This document shows positions 47,612-57,492 of a DNA stretch of 64,000 bases, one piece after another (the first letter of the stretch is position 1; every line of letters begins with the position of its first letter). A program made the translations under genes and the position numbers. The stretch comes from Candidatus Omnitrophota bacterium (GTDB lineage: Bacteria > Omnitrophota > Gorgyraeia > Zapsychrales > Zapsychraceae): NCBI GenBank assembly GCA_050250375.1, contig JBFWOS010000002.1:282980-346979 (forward strand), given 5' to 3'. The notes under the pieces are model-generated. The model was not told the DNA's origin and did not search any database. It saw only the letters and a list, made by a program, of their open reading frames with translations.

Positions 47612-47616
47612 TAATT

Positions 47617-48216
47617 ATGTCCTATCCTAAACTATTGGAAAATTTAATCACCCAGCTGGCCAAGCTCCCCGGAGTCGGGCGTCGCAGCGCCGAGCGCATG
47701 GCCTTCTGGTTCCTTGACCAGGATAAAGAAGCGGTCGAGCAGTTCGCACATGACATGCTTCAATTGAAAGAAGGCCTGAAATGCTGTTCCCGCTGCAATC
47801 ATCTGAGCGACCATGAGACCTGTTCCATCTGCCTGGATCCGTCCCGCGACCGGAAGACTGTCTGCGTGGTGGAAGATCCCAAAGACGTGATCGCGATCGA
47901 AAAATCCGGTTCTTTCCGAGGGGTTTATCATGTCCTGCTGGGAACGATATCTCCCAGCGACGGACGCGGTCCGGAAGATTTAAAGATCCAGCATCTGATG
48001 GACCGCCTGGCCGCCGAAGGGATCATGGAGGTGGTCATCGCCACCGACCCGGACAATGACGGCGAGATGACCGCGCTGTATTTGCTCAAGCAGCTCAAGC
48101 CGACCGGTGTTCGCATCAGCCGGATCGGGTTTGGAATCCCGGTCGGAGGTTCCCTGGAGTTTGCCGATATTTCAACGTTAAGTATGTCCCTGTCCGCGCG
48201 GCGGGTGTTTGAATAG
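47617..48216 (+). CDS. recR: Recombination mediator RecR
   Basis: LPGVG.RSA.R HhH motif, C4 zinc finger, CVVE..D, YHVL.G, Toprim domain. Confidence 0.97.
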   Translation: MSYPKLLENLITQLAKLPGVGRRSAERMAFWFLDQDKEAVEQFAHDMLQLKEGLKCCSRCNHLSDHETCSICLDPSRDRKTVCVVEDPKDVIAIEKSGSFRGVYHVLLGTISPSDGRGPEDLKIQHLMDRLAAEGIMEVVIATDPDNDGEMTALYLLKQLKPTGVRISRIGFGIPVGGSLEFADISTLSMSLSARRVFE

Positions 48217-48225
48217 GAGGTCATC

Positions 48226-48678
48226 ATGCCAAAAATATTTATGATCGTTCTATGGTTAACCTTGGTGTGCACGGTTTCTTTGGCGGAAGAAAATCCGGTA
48301 ACGGCTTCGCAACAGACCGGTCCGGAAAAGGCGGCGGTTTCACCGACGCTGACGGAGAAACAGCAGGAATTGTATAAAGAGATGCAGATCTGGTACGGCA
48401 AATCCCTGGAGATGAGTGAAAAGGGGAAAGAATGGATCAGGGAAGACATCCAGAACATCGGTGACTGGGAATACCAGATCGTCACGCTCAGCCCCGATGA
48501 TGAAGAAAAGCTGGCTGAACAGCTCAATAAACTGGGCAAAGGACGCTGGGAAGTGTTCTGGGTCCAGGAAAAGATGCACGGGGTCCGTTTTTATCTGAAA
48601 CGGCCGGTGCGGACTTACCTGAAACATATCCCGGTCAGTGATCTGCTGCAGGTCATCCCCAAGGGCGAAGGGGAATAG
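48226..48678 (+). CDS. Exported hypothetical protein with DUF4177-like motif
   Basis: GGAGG RBS, signal peptide, WEY.....LN.LG..RWE....KRP. Confidence 0.65.
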   Translation: MPKIFMIVLWLTLVCTVSLAEENPVTASQQTGPEKAAVSPTLTEKQQELYKEMQIWYGKSLEMSEKGKEWIREDIQNIGDWEYQIVTLSPDDEEKLAEQLNKLGKGRWEVFWVQEKMHGVRFYLKRPVRTYLKHIPVSDLLQVIPKGEGE

Positions 48679-48682
48679 ACGG

Positions 48683-50725
48683 ATGGAACAGCTGCGCGTC
48701 GGATCACGCAACAGCCGTCTGGCGATTGTACAGGTTGATGAAATTGAACGGCTGTTGAAGGAACAGGCCTTCACGGGACAGTTTATCCGCACGACCTACC
48801 TGTCCAGCGGCGACCGCGATAAAGTAACGGCCTTGACGGACAATACCAAAGACGATTTTTTTTCCGATACCATCGACCAGGCCCTTCTTGACAACGAAAT
48901 TGACATAGCAGTCCACAGCGCCAAAGATCTCCCTAAAAATTTAGATTCAAGACTCAGCATCTACGCTTTGACCAAGGGCCCGGATGATACCGACGCCTTT
49001 GTGGGCCGGACTCCCATTGAGCAGTTACCGGACGGCAGCCGTATCGGTTCAAGCAGCCTGCTCAGACAGGAAGGTATCCGGCAATTGAATAAAAATTTTC
49101 AGATCGTGTCTGTCCGCGGCACGATTGACGAACGGATCAAACTGGTTGACGACGGGAAAGTGGACGGGGTCATCGTGGCGACGGTCGCGCTCAAACGGCT
49201 GGGCCTTGAAGGGCTGATTAAAAATATTATGCCCTGGGAAGGGTCCGCGCTGCAGGGGCAGCTGGCGGTGGTCGGACGCAGGGGAGACCGGCATTTAAAG
49301 AAAATATTTGAACCGCTGGATGTACGACGGACATACGGCCGGGTCACGCTGGTCGGGGCCGGCCCGGGCGATCCGGATTTGATCACGCTTAAAGGCGTGG
49401 ACCTCTTAAAACAGGCTGACTGCGTGTTGTACGATTATCTGGTCCATAAATCCGTCCTTGATCACGCCCCGGCGGCGGAAAAAATTTATGTCGGCAAACG
49501 CAAGGGGGAACATACCCTCAGGCAGGCAGACCTCTCACGGCTGATCCGTCTGAAAGCGTTTGAAGGAAAGTCGGTTGTCCGTCTCAAAGGCGGCGACCCG
49601 CTCATTTTCGGTCGCGGGGCGGAAGAACTGGACTATTTAAGAAGTTACCATATTGATGTTGATGTTGTGCCCGGAGTCAGTTCCGCCACGGCGGTCCCGT
49701 CCCGACTGGGGATCCCGTTAACGGCCCGCGGGTTTTCATCGTCGGTTGCTTTTTTGAGCGGCCACCAGGCCGAAGGACATGAGGGCGAAGACGAAGATAT
49801 CCGGGTTCCGGAGAATATCGACACGATGGTCTTTTTAATGGGCCTGACCAGGCTGGACAAAATTATCACCGCCCTGAAACAGGCGGGAAAAGATTCAGAT
49901 ACGCCGGTTGCGGTTATTTCACGGGGCACCCGTTGCGACCAGACGGTCGTCACCGGGACCATCGCCACGATCCAACAAAATGTTGAGGCCTGTACGCTCC
50001 ATCCGCCCGCGCTCATTGTCGTCGGACGGACCGTTGATTTCTACAAAGAGGATCTGAACCGGGAGGTCATTGTTTATACCGGAACCAACCCGGAAAAATA
50101 TCAGTCGCTGGGAAAGATACTCCACCTGCCGATGATTGAAATCACCCCGGCGCCGCTGGATGAAACGCAGTTGAACAAACTGACCCGGGATCTGGGCTGT
50201 TACGACATGATCCTGCTCACCAGCCGGTTTGCCGTCCGTTATTTTGTGGACCGCGTCAAAGGCGACAAAAAAGTCCGGGAAGAGTTATTAAAAAAAGATA
50301 TCATCGTGATCGGCAAGGATACGGCGACCGCCCTGATGGACTGCGGTCTTTGTCCGCGGCATATTGCCCGCGACGAAACATCCCGGGGGGTCCTGAATTT
50401 ATTTAAAGAACAATATGAACTGAAAGGCAAGTCGATTCTTTTTCCCCGGTCAAATTTGTCCAATCCGTTTTTAAAGGAACAGCTGGAGACCCTCGGAGCG
50501 CGGGTGGATGAGGTCGCGGTTTATGTCAACACACAGACCGCAAAGGCCCCGCTTCCCGCCGGTCCGGTCGACCGGATTATTTTTACAAGCCCTTCGACCG
50601 TGCACAGTTTCCTGGAGAAATACCACTCGATTCCCGCGGGCTGGCTGATCTGGTGCAAGGGGCCGGTGACCCAGAAGGCCCTGCTGGATAAAGGTTACGA
50701 AAGTGAGTTGATGATTTATGGCTGA
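48683..50725 (+). CDS. hemC: Fusion of truncated HemC (porphobilinogen deaminase), CobA (uroporphyrinogen-III methyltransferase) and HemD (uroporphyrinogen-III synthase)
   Basis: GSR.S.LA..Q, VHSAKD, GSSS..R, RG....R; VGAGPGDP, RLKGGDP..FGRG.EE, VPGVSS; LTS..AV, IG..TA, FTSPSTV, G..T..AL. Confidence 0.88.
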   Translation: MEQLRVGSRNSRLAIVQVDEIERLLKEQAFTGQFIRTTYLSSGDRDKVTALTDNTKDDFFSDTIDQALLDNEIDIAVHSAKDLPKNLDSRLSIYALTKGPDDTDAFVGRTPIEQLPDGSRIGSSSLLRQEGIRQLNKNFQIVSVRGTIDERIKLVDDGKVDGVIVATVALKRLGLEGLIKNIMPWEGSALQGQLAVVGRRGDRHLKKIFEPLDVRRTYGRVTLVGAGPGDPDLITLKGVDLLKQADCVLYDYLVHKSVLDHAPAAEKIYVGKRKGEHTLRQADLSRLIRLKAFEGKSVVRLKGGDPLIFGRGAEELDYLRSYHIDVDVVPGVSSATAVPSRLGIPLTARGFSSSVAFLSGHQAEGHEGEDEDIRVPENIDTMVFLMGLTRLDKIITALKQAGKDSDTPVAVISRGTRCDQTVVTGTIATIQQNVEACTLHPPALIVVGRTVDFYKEDLNREVIVYTGTNPEKYQSLGKILHLPMIEITPAPLDETQLNKLTRDLGCYDMILLTSRFAVRYFVDRVKGDKKVREELLKKDIIVIGKDTATALMDCGLCPRHIARDETSRGVLNLFKEQYELKGKSILFPRSNLSNPFLKEQLETLGARVDEVAVYVNTQTAKAPLPAGPVDRIIFTSPSTVHSFLEKYHSIPAGWLIWCKGPVTQKALLDKGYESELMIYG

Positions 50726-52013
50726 TATTACTCCGGGACGTCAAAAAAATTCCGACCGGCTGTTTGCCGGCGCGCTGGATGTGATGGTCGGCGGGGTGAA
50801 TTCCCCGGTCCGGTCGTTTAAAGGGGTCGGCGGGCGTCCGCTGGTCATGAAGTACGGCCTGCGGTCAAAATTGTACGACCAGGATAACAACGAATACACG
50901 GATTACTGCCTGTCCTGGGGCGCGCTGATCGCCGGGCACGCCCACCGTAACGTTGTTCTTGGGGCCAAGAAGACCATTGAACGCGGGACGAGTTTCGGGG
51001 CGACGACCAGGGAAGAGATCGAGACGGCCAGGCTCGTGACCGGATTTGTCCCGTCCATTGAAAAGGTCCGCTTTGTCAATTCGGGGACCGAAGCGACGAT
51101 GAGCGCGATCCGGCTCGCCCGCGGCTTTACCGGTAAATCTATGCTGATCAAATTTGACGGCTGTTATCACGGGCATTTTGATGACCTTCTCACCAAGGCC
51201 GGATCCGGCGTGGCCATGCTGAAGGAATCATCCTCCGCCGGTATTCCGCCTTCCCATATCGAAAATACGGTCAGCCTGCCTTACAATGATTCAAACGCCT
51301 TGCGGGAAACCATAAAAAAATATAAAGATCAGCTGGCTTGTGTAATCCTTGAACCCGTGGCCGGGAACATGGGGGTCATCCGGGCCGAAAAAGAATTTCT
51401 TGAAACCCTCAGGGACCTGACGGCGGAACATAACATCGTCCTGATCTTTGATGAAATCATGACGGGGTTCAGGACAAACACCGGCTGCGCCCAGGCGGAT
51501 TACGGCATCACGCCGGATTTGACCTGCCTGGGAAAGATCATCGGCGGCGGTTTTCCGGTCGGCGCGTACGGAGGAAGGCGGGAGATTATGGACAATCTGG
51601 CCCCGCTGGGCGGCGTTTACCAGGCCGGTACGTTCTCCGGAAATCCGGTGGTGATGAAGGCCGGTTCCTGCACATTGAAACTGCTGAACAAAGATTTTTA
51701 CCGCGGCCTGAATGAACGCTGCTCCGCGTTCGCGCAGGACATGAACGGGTATTTCAAGAGCCGAAATATTGAGGCCCATCTGTCTCACTATTTTTCGATG
51801 ATGAGCCTTCGCTTTTCGGCAAAAAATGTTTATAATTATCAGGACGCGCTGAACGCGCAGGGGCATGAGCGTTACGCTCGGTTATTTCATCATTTATTGA
51901 AACGGGGGATTTATTGGCCGCCGGCGGACCTGGAGGCTTTTTTTGTCAGCCAGACCCATTCAAAGCGGGACCTGGATGACCTGGCGTGCGCGTTGAAAGA
52001 TTTTTTTAAATAA
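50718..52013 (+). CDS. hemL: Glutamate-1-semialdehyde 2,1-aminomutase
   Basis: GGVNSPVR, NSGTEATMSA.RLAR, GCYHGH, EPVAGNMG, FDE.MTGFR, GKIIGGG.P, YQAGT.SGNP. Confidence 0.95.
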   Translation: MADITPGRQKNSDRLFAGALDVMVGGVNSPVRSFKGVGGRPLVMKYGLRSKLYDQDNNEYTDYCLSWGALIAGHAHRNVVLGAKKTIERGTSFGATTREEIETARLVTGFVPSIEKVRFVNSGTEATMSAIRLARGFTGKSMLIKFDGCYHGHFDDLLTKAGSGVAMLKESSSAGIPPSHIENTVSLPYNDSNALRETIKKYKDQLACVILEPVAGNMGVIRAEKEFLETLRDLTAEHNIVLIFDEIMTGFRTNTGCAQADYGITPDLTCLGKIIGGGFPVGAYGGRREIMDNLAPLGGVYQAGTFSGNPVVMKAGSCTLKLLNKDFYRGLNERCSAFAQDMNGYFKSRNIEAHLSHYFSMMSLRFSAKNVYNYQDALNAQGHERYARLFHHLLKRGIYWPPADLEAFFVSQTHSKRDLDDLACALKDFFK

Positions 52014-52051
52014 ATGAGAATTCTCGCTTATTAAAAGGAAAGGAATAAACG

Positions 52052-52441
52052 ATGAGAAAAATATTTAACTTTATCATTGGAGCAAGTTTTTTGGCAACGG
52101 TTGCCGCGAGTCAGGGGTGTGTCTTATTGGCCGGGGCTGCGGTGGGGGCCGGCGGTTACGCTTACGTAACCGGCGCCTTGTCCAAGAACCTGGACGCCAA
52201 GGTCGACAAGGTTCACGCGGCCTCGCTCAAAGGCCTTCAAGACCTTGGAGCGTTTGTCGTGTCGGAAGACCAGTCCATGCAGAAATCCGAGATCCACGCG
52301 GAAAGCGAAGACGGCAAAAATATTAATATTGATATCGAGGCCCTGACCGAGCAGGCATCCAAGATCAAGATCCGGGTCGGCACCATCGGCAACGAATCGG
52401 ATTCACTCAGGGTCCTTAAAGCCATTATGAGCCATCTCTAA
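52052..52441 (+). CDS. DUF3568-family lipoprotein
   Basis: Lipobox-like SQGC followed by GAAVGAGG, I.IRVG..G motif. Confidence 0.75.
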   Translation: MRKIFNFIIGASFLATVAASQGCVLLAGAAVGAGGYAYVTGALSKNLDAKVDKVHAASLKGLQDLGAFVVSEDQSMQKSEIHAESEDGKNINIDIEALTEQASKIKIRVGTIGNESDSLRVLKAIMSHL

Positions 52442-52467
52442 TCAAACCGCGTTACGGAAATTATAAG

Positions 52468-53238
52468 ATGAAAAACAGCTTGAGATTGAGTGCCTTTCTG
52501 GGGGTGGTCCTCGTTTTTGGAGGGCCACTCTTTTTCTTTGATGCGGCCCGGGCCGATACAGTGGCGTTTCTTGTTGATTACAGTTTGTGGGCGGATGTCC
52601 TCGCAAAACATGTTAACGCCCAGGGTCGGTTTGATTATGAAGGCCTGATGAAAGATCCTGCCCGGTTTAATCAGTTTATCTCCCAGATTGAAAATGCCAA
52701 CCTCAGCCAGCTCGGCCCGGATGAAAAAAAGGCGTTCTGGATCAATGCCTATAACGCCTTGACGGTCAAAGTGATCGTGGACAATTATCCGGTCAAGAGC
52801 ATCCTGCGGATTAATTTCGGGCTGGTCTGGAAGATCGGCCGGGCTGCGGCCGGCGGGAAAAAAAGCCTGGGAGATATCGAACACAAGGTCCTGCGGCCGC
52901 TGGGCGATCCGCGGATCCATTTCGCGATCAATTGCGCCTCGATCGGTTGTCCGAAATTGTCGGACAAGCCATACTATCCCCGGACCCTGGATGAACAGCT
53001 GGACCAGGCGGCCCGGCAGTTTATCAATGATCCGGAAAAAGTCATCATTGACCGCCAAAAAAATATACTGTTCCATTCAGCGATCTTTAAATGGTTTGAA
53101 AAGGATTTTCTTAAAGCCGCGCCCGACTTGAGCGGGTATATCCGGCACTATTTAAATGACACCGATAAGGCTTATCTGGATTCCAGCCGGCCGGAACTCC
53201 GGGAGCTGGATTATGACTGGGGTTTGAACAGACAGTGA
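52468..53238 (+). CDS. DUF547 family protein, exported
   Basis: AFWINAYNA, SL..IEH..LR, DPRIHFAINCAS.GCP, S.IF.WF..DF, YDW.LN. Confidence 0.92.
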   Translation: MKNSLRLSAFLGVVLVFGGPLFFFDAARADTVAFLVDYSLWADVLAKHVNAQGRFDYEGLMKDPARFNQFISQIENANLSQLGPDEKKAFWINAYNALTVKVIVDNYPVKSILRINFGLVWKIGRAAAGGKKSLGDIEHKVLRPLGDPRIHFAINCASIGCPKLSDKPYYPRTLDEQLDQAARQFINDPEKVIIDRQKNILFHSAIFKWFEKDFLKAAPDLSGYIRHYLNDTDKAYLDSSRPELRELDYDWGLNRQ

Positions 53239-53897
53239 AGCAATCCCGCGCTCTGATTGTTTTTGCCCGTGAACCCCGGCAGGGCCGCGTCAAAACCAGA
53301 CTTCTGAAAGTTCTGGACCCCGGCCTGGTGACTTCCCTTTACAAAGCCTTTGTCATGGATGTCCTCGCGCAGACCGCCGGTTTAAAAGACTGCGCCCGGT
53401 TTCTTTATTACGCGGACGGGGAAACCGAGCCGGTTTTTTTGAACCAGTTTAAGTCCGATTTTGAGCTTGTCGGCCAGCAGGGGAAAGACCTGGGGGAACG
53501 GATGCAGCGGTCAGCCTCTGATTGTTTTCAAAAGGGTTTTCAGAAAGTGGTGATCATCGGGAGCGATTGTCTGGAGATTACGTCCGGGGACCTCGAACAA
53601 GCCTTTGACAGGCTGGAAGGAAGTGATTTTTGTTTCGGTCCATCCAGCGACGGAGGATATTATCTGGCCGGGATGAAGAAATTCCGGCCCGAGATCTTCA
53701 CCGGAGTTGAATGGGGCACTTCCGCGGTCTTAAGCAAGACACTTGAAATTATCGGAAAAATAGAGCATAATGTTGCATTATTAGACGAAAAAGAAGATAT
53801 GGATACCATTGAATCTTTGAAGCGTTTCTCCGGACGGATGGAGACTGTACCCGGCGCGAAAGAGACCAAGAAGATATTGAGGACAATCAAATTATAA
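53235..53897 (+). CDS. DUF2064 / TIGR04282 family putative glycosyltransferase
   Basis: FAR.P..GRVKTRL, Q.G.DLGERM, IIGSDC, GP..DGGYYL.G, D.D. Confidence 0.9.
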   Translation: MKQSRALIVFAREPRQGRVKTRLLKVLDPGLVTSLYKAFVMDVLAQTAGLKDCARFLYYADGETEPVFLNQFKSDFELVGQQGKDLGERMQRSASDCFQKGFQKVVIIGSDCLEITSGDLEQAFDRLEGSDFCFGPSSDGGYYLAGMKKFRPEIFTGVEWGTSAVLSKTLEIIGKIEHNVALLDEKEDMDTIESLKRFSGRMETVPGAKETKKILRTIKL

Positions 53898-53911
53898 ACC
53901 AGACTTCACCC

Positions 53912-54994
53912 ATGCCCAAAGTCGCCCACATCGCCTATTCGATCACCCAGTCTGATCTGAAAGACCTGATCGCCGCCCTCATTTATAAACAAAAGGAGAA
54001 GGGTGTCCAGGCGGATATTATCCATATTGTTCAGGAGAGGGATATTTCCAGGGTCCTCAAGGTCCGCGGGGTTGACGTTTATACGTACACCAAAGCGCCC
54101 GGGACGGATTTCCGGCTGATGTTCAAACTGGCGAAGTTTTTACGCACGCACCGTTATGAGGTGGTCCATACCCACAGCCTGGAAATTGCCGTACTGGCCG
54201 GAGCGGCTGCCCGGTTGAGCAACGCGAAATCGATTTATTCCTGTCACTGGATGAGCCACCGCCCGATTCCCGCCCTGGCCCGCCGGTTTAACAATCACAT
54301 CGTCACGGCCTGCGAATACATCCAGAAGAAATTGCTGAGTGAAAAGGTTCTGAATGACCCCAAGGTCAAGATTATTTATGACGGTATTGACGAGCAATTG
54401 TATATGAAGGATTTCGGTAAGGAATCCTCCCTGGAAAACCGCCGCAAGCTCGGCCTTCAGGAAGACAGCTTTATCATCGGAAATATCGGCCCTTTGGTCA
54501 AGGAAGAGGACCAGGCAACGCTGATCAAGGCGTTCAGGAAATTAAGGGCCAAGGGACTGAATGCCGAACTGGTCTTTGCCGGCGAAGGCCCGCTCTTGGG
54601 GGACCTCAGCAAGCTCGGGGAAAATTACCAGCTCCTTGACCGTATCAAATTTATCCCGGGGATCCTGTCCCGGGCGGAATATCTGCAGATGTTTGACGTG
54701 CTGGTGCACAGCGCGCATAAAGAGGCCTATCCGTTCAACCTGCTTGAATCCATGGCCGCCGGCACGCCGGTCATCGCCACCAAGATCGGGGCCAACGCGG
54801 AAGTCATTGATGAACGCAAGACCGGATACCTTGTGCCGTGCGGATTCCCCGAACGCATTGACTCGGCGATCATGCGCCTCAACGCCATCAAGACACTCTC
54901 CCGGGAAATGGGCGAGCACTCCCAAAAACATGTCCTCAATGATTTCAGCATCGAACGCATGGCGGCCAAATATCAGGAATTGTACACGTCCTAA
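53912..54994 (+). CDS. Glycosyltransferase family 4
   Basis: VHTHS, I.DGID, EAYPFNLLESMAAG.PVIAT (EX7E), TG.LVP. Confidence 0.85.
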   Translation: MPKVAHIAYSITQSDLKDLIAALIYKQKEKGVQADIIHIVQERDISRVLKVRGVDVYTYTKAPGTDFRLMFKLAKFLRTHRYEVVHTHSLEIAVLAGAAARLSNAKSIYSCHWMSHRPIPALARRFNNHIVTACEYIQKKLLSEKVLNDPKVKIIYDGIDEQLYMKDFGKESSLENRRKLGLQEDSFIIGNIGPLVKEEDQATLIKAFRKLRAKGLNAELVFAGEGPLLGDLSKLGENYQLLDRIKFIPGILSRAEYLQMFDVLVHSAHKEAYPFNLLESMAAGTPVIATKIGANAEVIDERKTGYLVPCGFPERIDSAIMRLNAIKTLSREMGEHSQKHVLNDFSIERMAAKYQELYTS

Positions 54995-55013
54995 CCTATT
55001 GATTTGAATTTCC

Positions 55014-55132
55014 AAGATACAAGTAACAAGATACAAAAAAATTACCAACAACAAATTTCAAACTAAAAGAAAGAATATTTATGTTTGGATTTTGAAGATT
55101 GTTGTTTTTTTGGTTTTTGTTACTTGTTTCTT
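55014..55132. repeat. Long imperfect inverted repeat built from heptamer-like units
   Basis: Left arm CAAGATA-CAAGTAA-CAAGATA; right arm TTTTGTTACTTGTTTCTT; inner arms also partly complementary. Confidence 0.7.
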
Positions 55133-55151
55133 TCATCTAAAAATGTTCTCT

Positions 55152-55181
55152 GCCAAAACACCACGCGCGTGGTATTTTGGC
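55152..55181. repeat. Palindromic repeat, copy 2
   Basis: GCCAAAACACCACGCGCGTGGTATTTTGGC, a 30-bp palindrome with one mismatch. Confidence 0.8.
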
Positions 55182-55328
55182 CTATTCCTTGAACATCCCC
55201 CATAAGTGTGTCCTGGTGTGTCCGGTTATGCGATATTGACTAATGGGCATTATTATTGAATAATAAAGGCCATTAATATTAATTATAATAATGATTAGTA
55301 CTATATTAAAAAAGCCGGATGTTGACCG

Positions 55329-55913
55329 ATGAGTCTACAGCTGACCAAATTTTTTCGAAAATCCCCTTCCCGGGAGGAATGGCCGGCCATGAACGGCCGC
55401 CAGGCGGATATCCGCCAATATGCCGAACAAACGAGGGCATTCAGGAAGGTCAACCGCGTTCTCTGGGTCCTTATTGCCCTGGGTGGGCTGGCGGTCATCA
55501 TTTACGGACGGCATTTGTACCGGACGGATTTTCAGTCCAATATGAAAAAGCTGGATTCAATTAACCGTGTCCGGTTTGAGCCAAACCGCCCGGAGATTGA
55601 TCAAACGGTGGTGGTCCGTCCGGCATTTGACCTAAATTTTCTCAACCGGCGCAATATTTTTACGCGGTACCGTTCAGACGAAAAAAAAGAAACCAGGGTA
55701 TCGACCAAAGACGTTCATAAATTCAAAAGTTCCATCCGGGTGGTGGGGATTACTTTTGACAAGGATTATGAAGTCCTGATTGAAGACCTGGACAAGAAAG
55801 AAACCGTCCTGCTGACGAAGGGGAATTCCATCGCCGGGGCGAAATTGATCGACATCAGTGAGAAAAAATTAATCTTTGAACTCGACAATAACCAGATCGA
55901 AATAGAACCGTAA
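55329..55913 (+). CDS. Bitopic membrane protein with GspC/PilP-like HR domain
   Basis: Single TM, RNIF, VVGI...., IE......L..G..I.G..L..I; directly upstream of the secretin. Confidence 0.6.
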   Translation: MSLQLTKFFRKSPSREEWPAMNGRQADIRQYAEQTRAFRKVNRVLWVLIALGGLAVIIYGRHLYRTDFQSNMKKLDSINRVRFEPNRPEIDQTVVVRPAFDLNFLNRRNIFTRYRSDEKKETRVSTKDVHKFKSSIRVVGITFDKDYEVLIEDLDKKETVLLTKGNSIAGAKLIDISEKKLIFELDNNQIEIEP

Positions 55914-55918
55914 ACCCG

Positions 55919-57424
55919 ATGAACAGCTTGTTGCGACACCTTATGTGTTTTTTCCTCTGTTTGGTCCTGGGCCTTTCCTCCGGGTCAGCCAACGCGCAGA
56001 CCGGACCGGTTGCGCCGGCCCAGGCGACTGAAACGAACGGCGTCATCAGCCTGCTTGATTTCAAGAACATGGAAATGACCGATGTCCTGAAATACCTTTC
56101 CCAGAAAAGCCAGTATAATTTTGTGCCCAGCCAGAGCGTCAAGTCCCGGGTGACGATTTACCTGAAAGATGTCGAGGTGCTGGAAGCGATGGAGATTATC
56201 GCCCGGTCGCAGAACCTGGCGTATGTCATTGACGGGAAGGTCATCCATGTCATGACGGCCAAAGAATATGAGCAGGAATTCGGTTATCCGTACGGGAAGC
56301 CGGTCGTGACCGAATATATGCAAATGGCGCATATTAACCCGGGGCGGGCGGTGGAAATTATTGAAAAAATGAAAGGGCCGATGGGGATCGTTTACGTTGA
56401 TTTATATTCCAAGAGCCTGATGATCAAAGATGAACCGGCCCGGATTGAAGAAATGAAAAAAGCCATCGCGATGATCGACCGGCCTTTGATTACAAAAGAG
56501 ATCCGGCTGAAATATATTCCGGTCAAGGACATCGCGGAAAAAATAAAGGATCTGACGACCCCGTCGATCGGTTCGGTAAAATATGATGAGCCATCCAACA
56601 GCATGGTGATCATGGACAACGCCGATGTCATCGACCGGATCAAGTCTGTTGTGCGGACCTTTGACCAGCGCCAGTCCGAGGTCTCGATTGAGGCGAAAAT
56701 TATCCAGGTCACTTTAAGTGACGATACCAAACTGGGGGTCAACTGGCAGGCGGTGATCAAGGAATTCCATGATATGAAGGTGGAGAGTGATTTTGAAGCG
56801 ATGCCCACCGGCAACCTCGGCCGGCTGAGCGTCGGGACGATTGAAAAAGACAATTATTCCGCGGTTGTCAATGCCCTGGAGAGTGTGGGGAATACCAAGA
56901 TCCTGTCCAATCCGCATATTACGACCCTGAATAACAAGGAAGCCAAGATCCTGGTCGGATCATCCGAGCCGTATGTCACGGCGACGACCACCACCCCGTC
57001 TTCAGGCCCGGCCATCACCGCGGAAAATGTCACCTTTATCGATGTGGGGGTGAAACTCTATGCCACGCCGACCATCCATGACGACGGGTACATCACCATG
57101 GCCATCCGGCCCGAGGTCAGTTCGGTGACCCGGACCGTGACGACATCCAATAATAACTCGATCCCGGTCGTGGAAACATCGGAAGCGGAGACGACGGTCA
57201 TGATCAGGGACGGAGAGACGATCGTGATCGGCGGGCTGATCCGGGAAGACCGCATCGACACCGTCCAGCAGGTCCCGGTGCTGGGAGACATCCCTGTTGT
57301 CGGATCTGCGTTCAGAAATAAAGACCACACCAACCGCACCACCGAGATCGTGATTTTTCTGACACCCCGCATCATCAACGGCACCTCGCAGGAATACCGG
57401 GATTACCGGAGCATACTGGAATAA
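55919..57424 (+). CDS. Secretin (GspD/PilQ family)
   Basis: Signal peptide, STN/N0 domain (ISLLDFKN), N-domains, IEAKI, SNP.I.T.NN..A.I.VG, DVG..L..TP, DGETIVIGGL, VP.LGDIP..G..F, IF.TPRII. Confidence 0.92.
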   Translation: MNSLLRHLMCFFLCLVLGLSSGSANAQTGPVAPAQATETNGVISLLDFKNMEMTDVLKYLSQKSQYNFVPSQSVKSRVTIYLKDVEVLEAMEIIARSQNLAYVIDGKVIHVMTAKEYEQEFGYPYGKPVVTEYMQMAHINPGRAVEIIEKMKGPMGIVYVDLYSKSLMIKDEPARIEEMKKAIAMIDRPLITKEIRLKYIPVKDIAEKIKDLTTPSIGSVKYDEPSNSMVIMDNADVIDRIKSVVRTFDQRQSEVSIEAKIIQVTLSDDTKLGVNWQAVIKEFHDMKVESDFEAMPTGNLGRLSVGTIEKDNYSAVVNALESVGNTKILSNPHITTLNNKEAKILVGSSEPYVTATTTTPSSGPAITAENVTFIDVGVKLYATPTIHDDGYITMAIRPEVSSVTRTVTTSNNNSIPVVETSEAETTVMIRDGETIVIGGLIREDRIDTVQQVPVLGDIPVVGSAFRNKDHTNRTTEIVIFLTPRIINGTSQEYRDYRSILE

Positions 57425-57492
57425 CTTTCGGAATTGCAAGTTATCTGTATAATAGATATCTGAACAGTCAAACAGGAACGGAGAACCAATCC

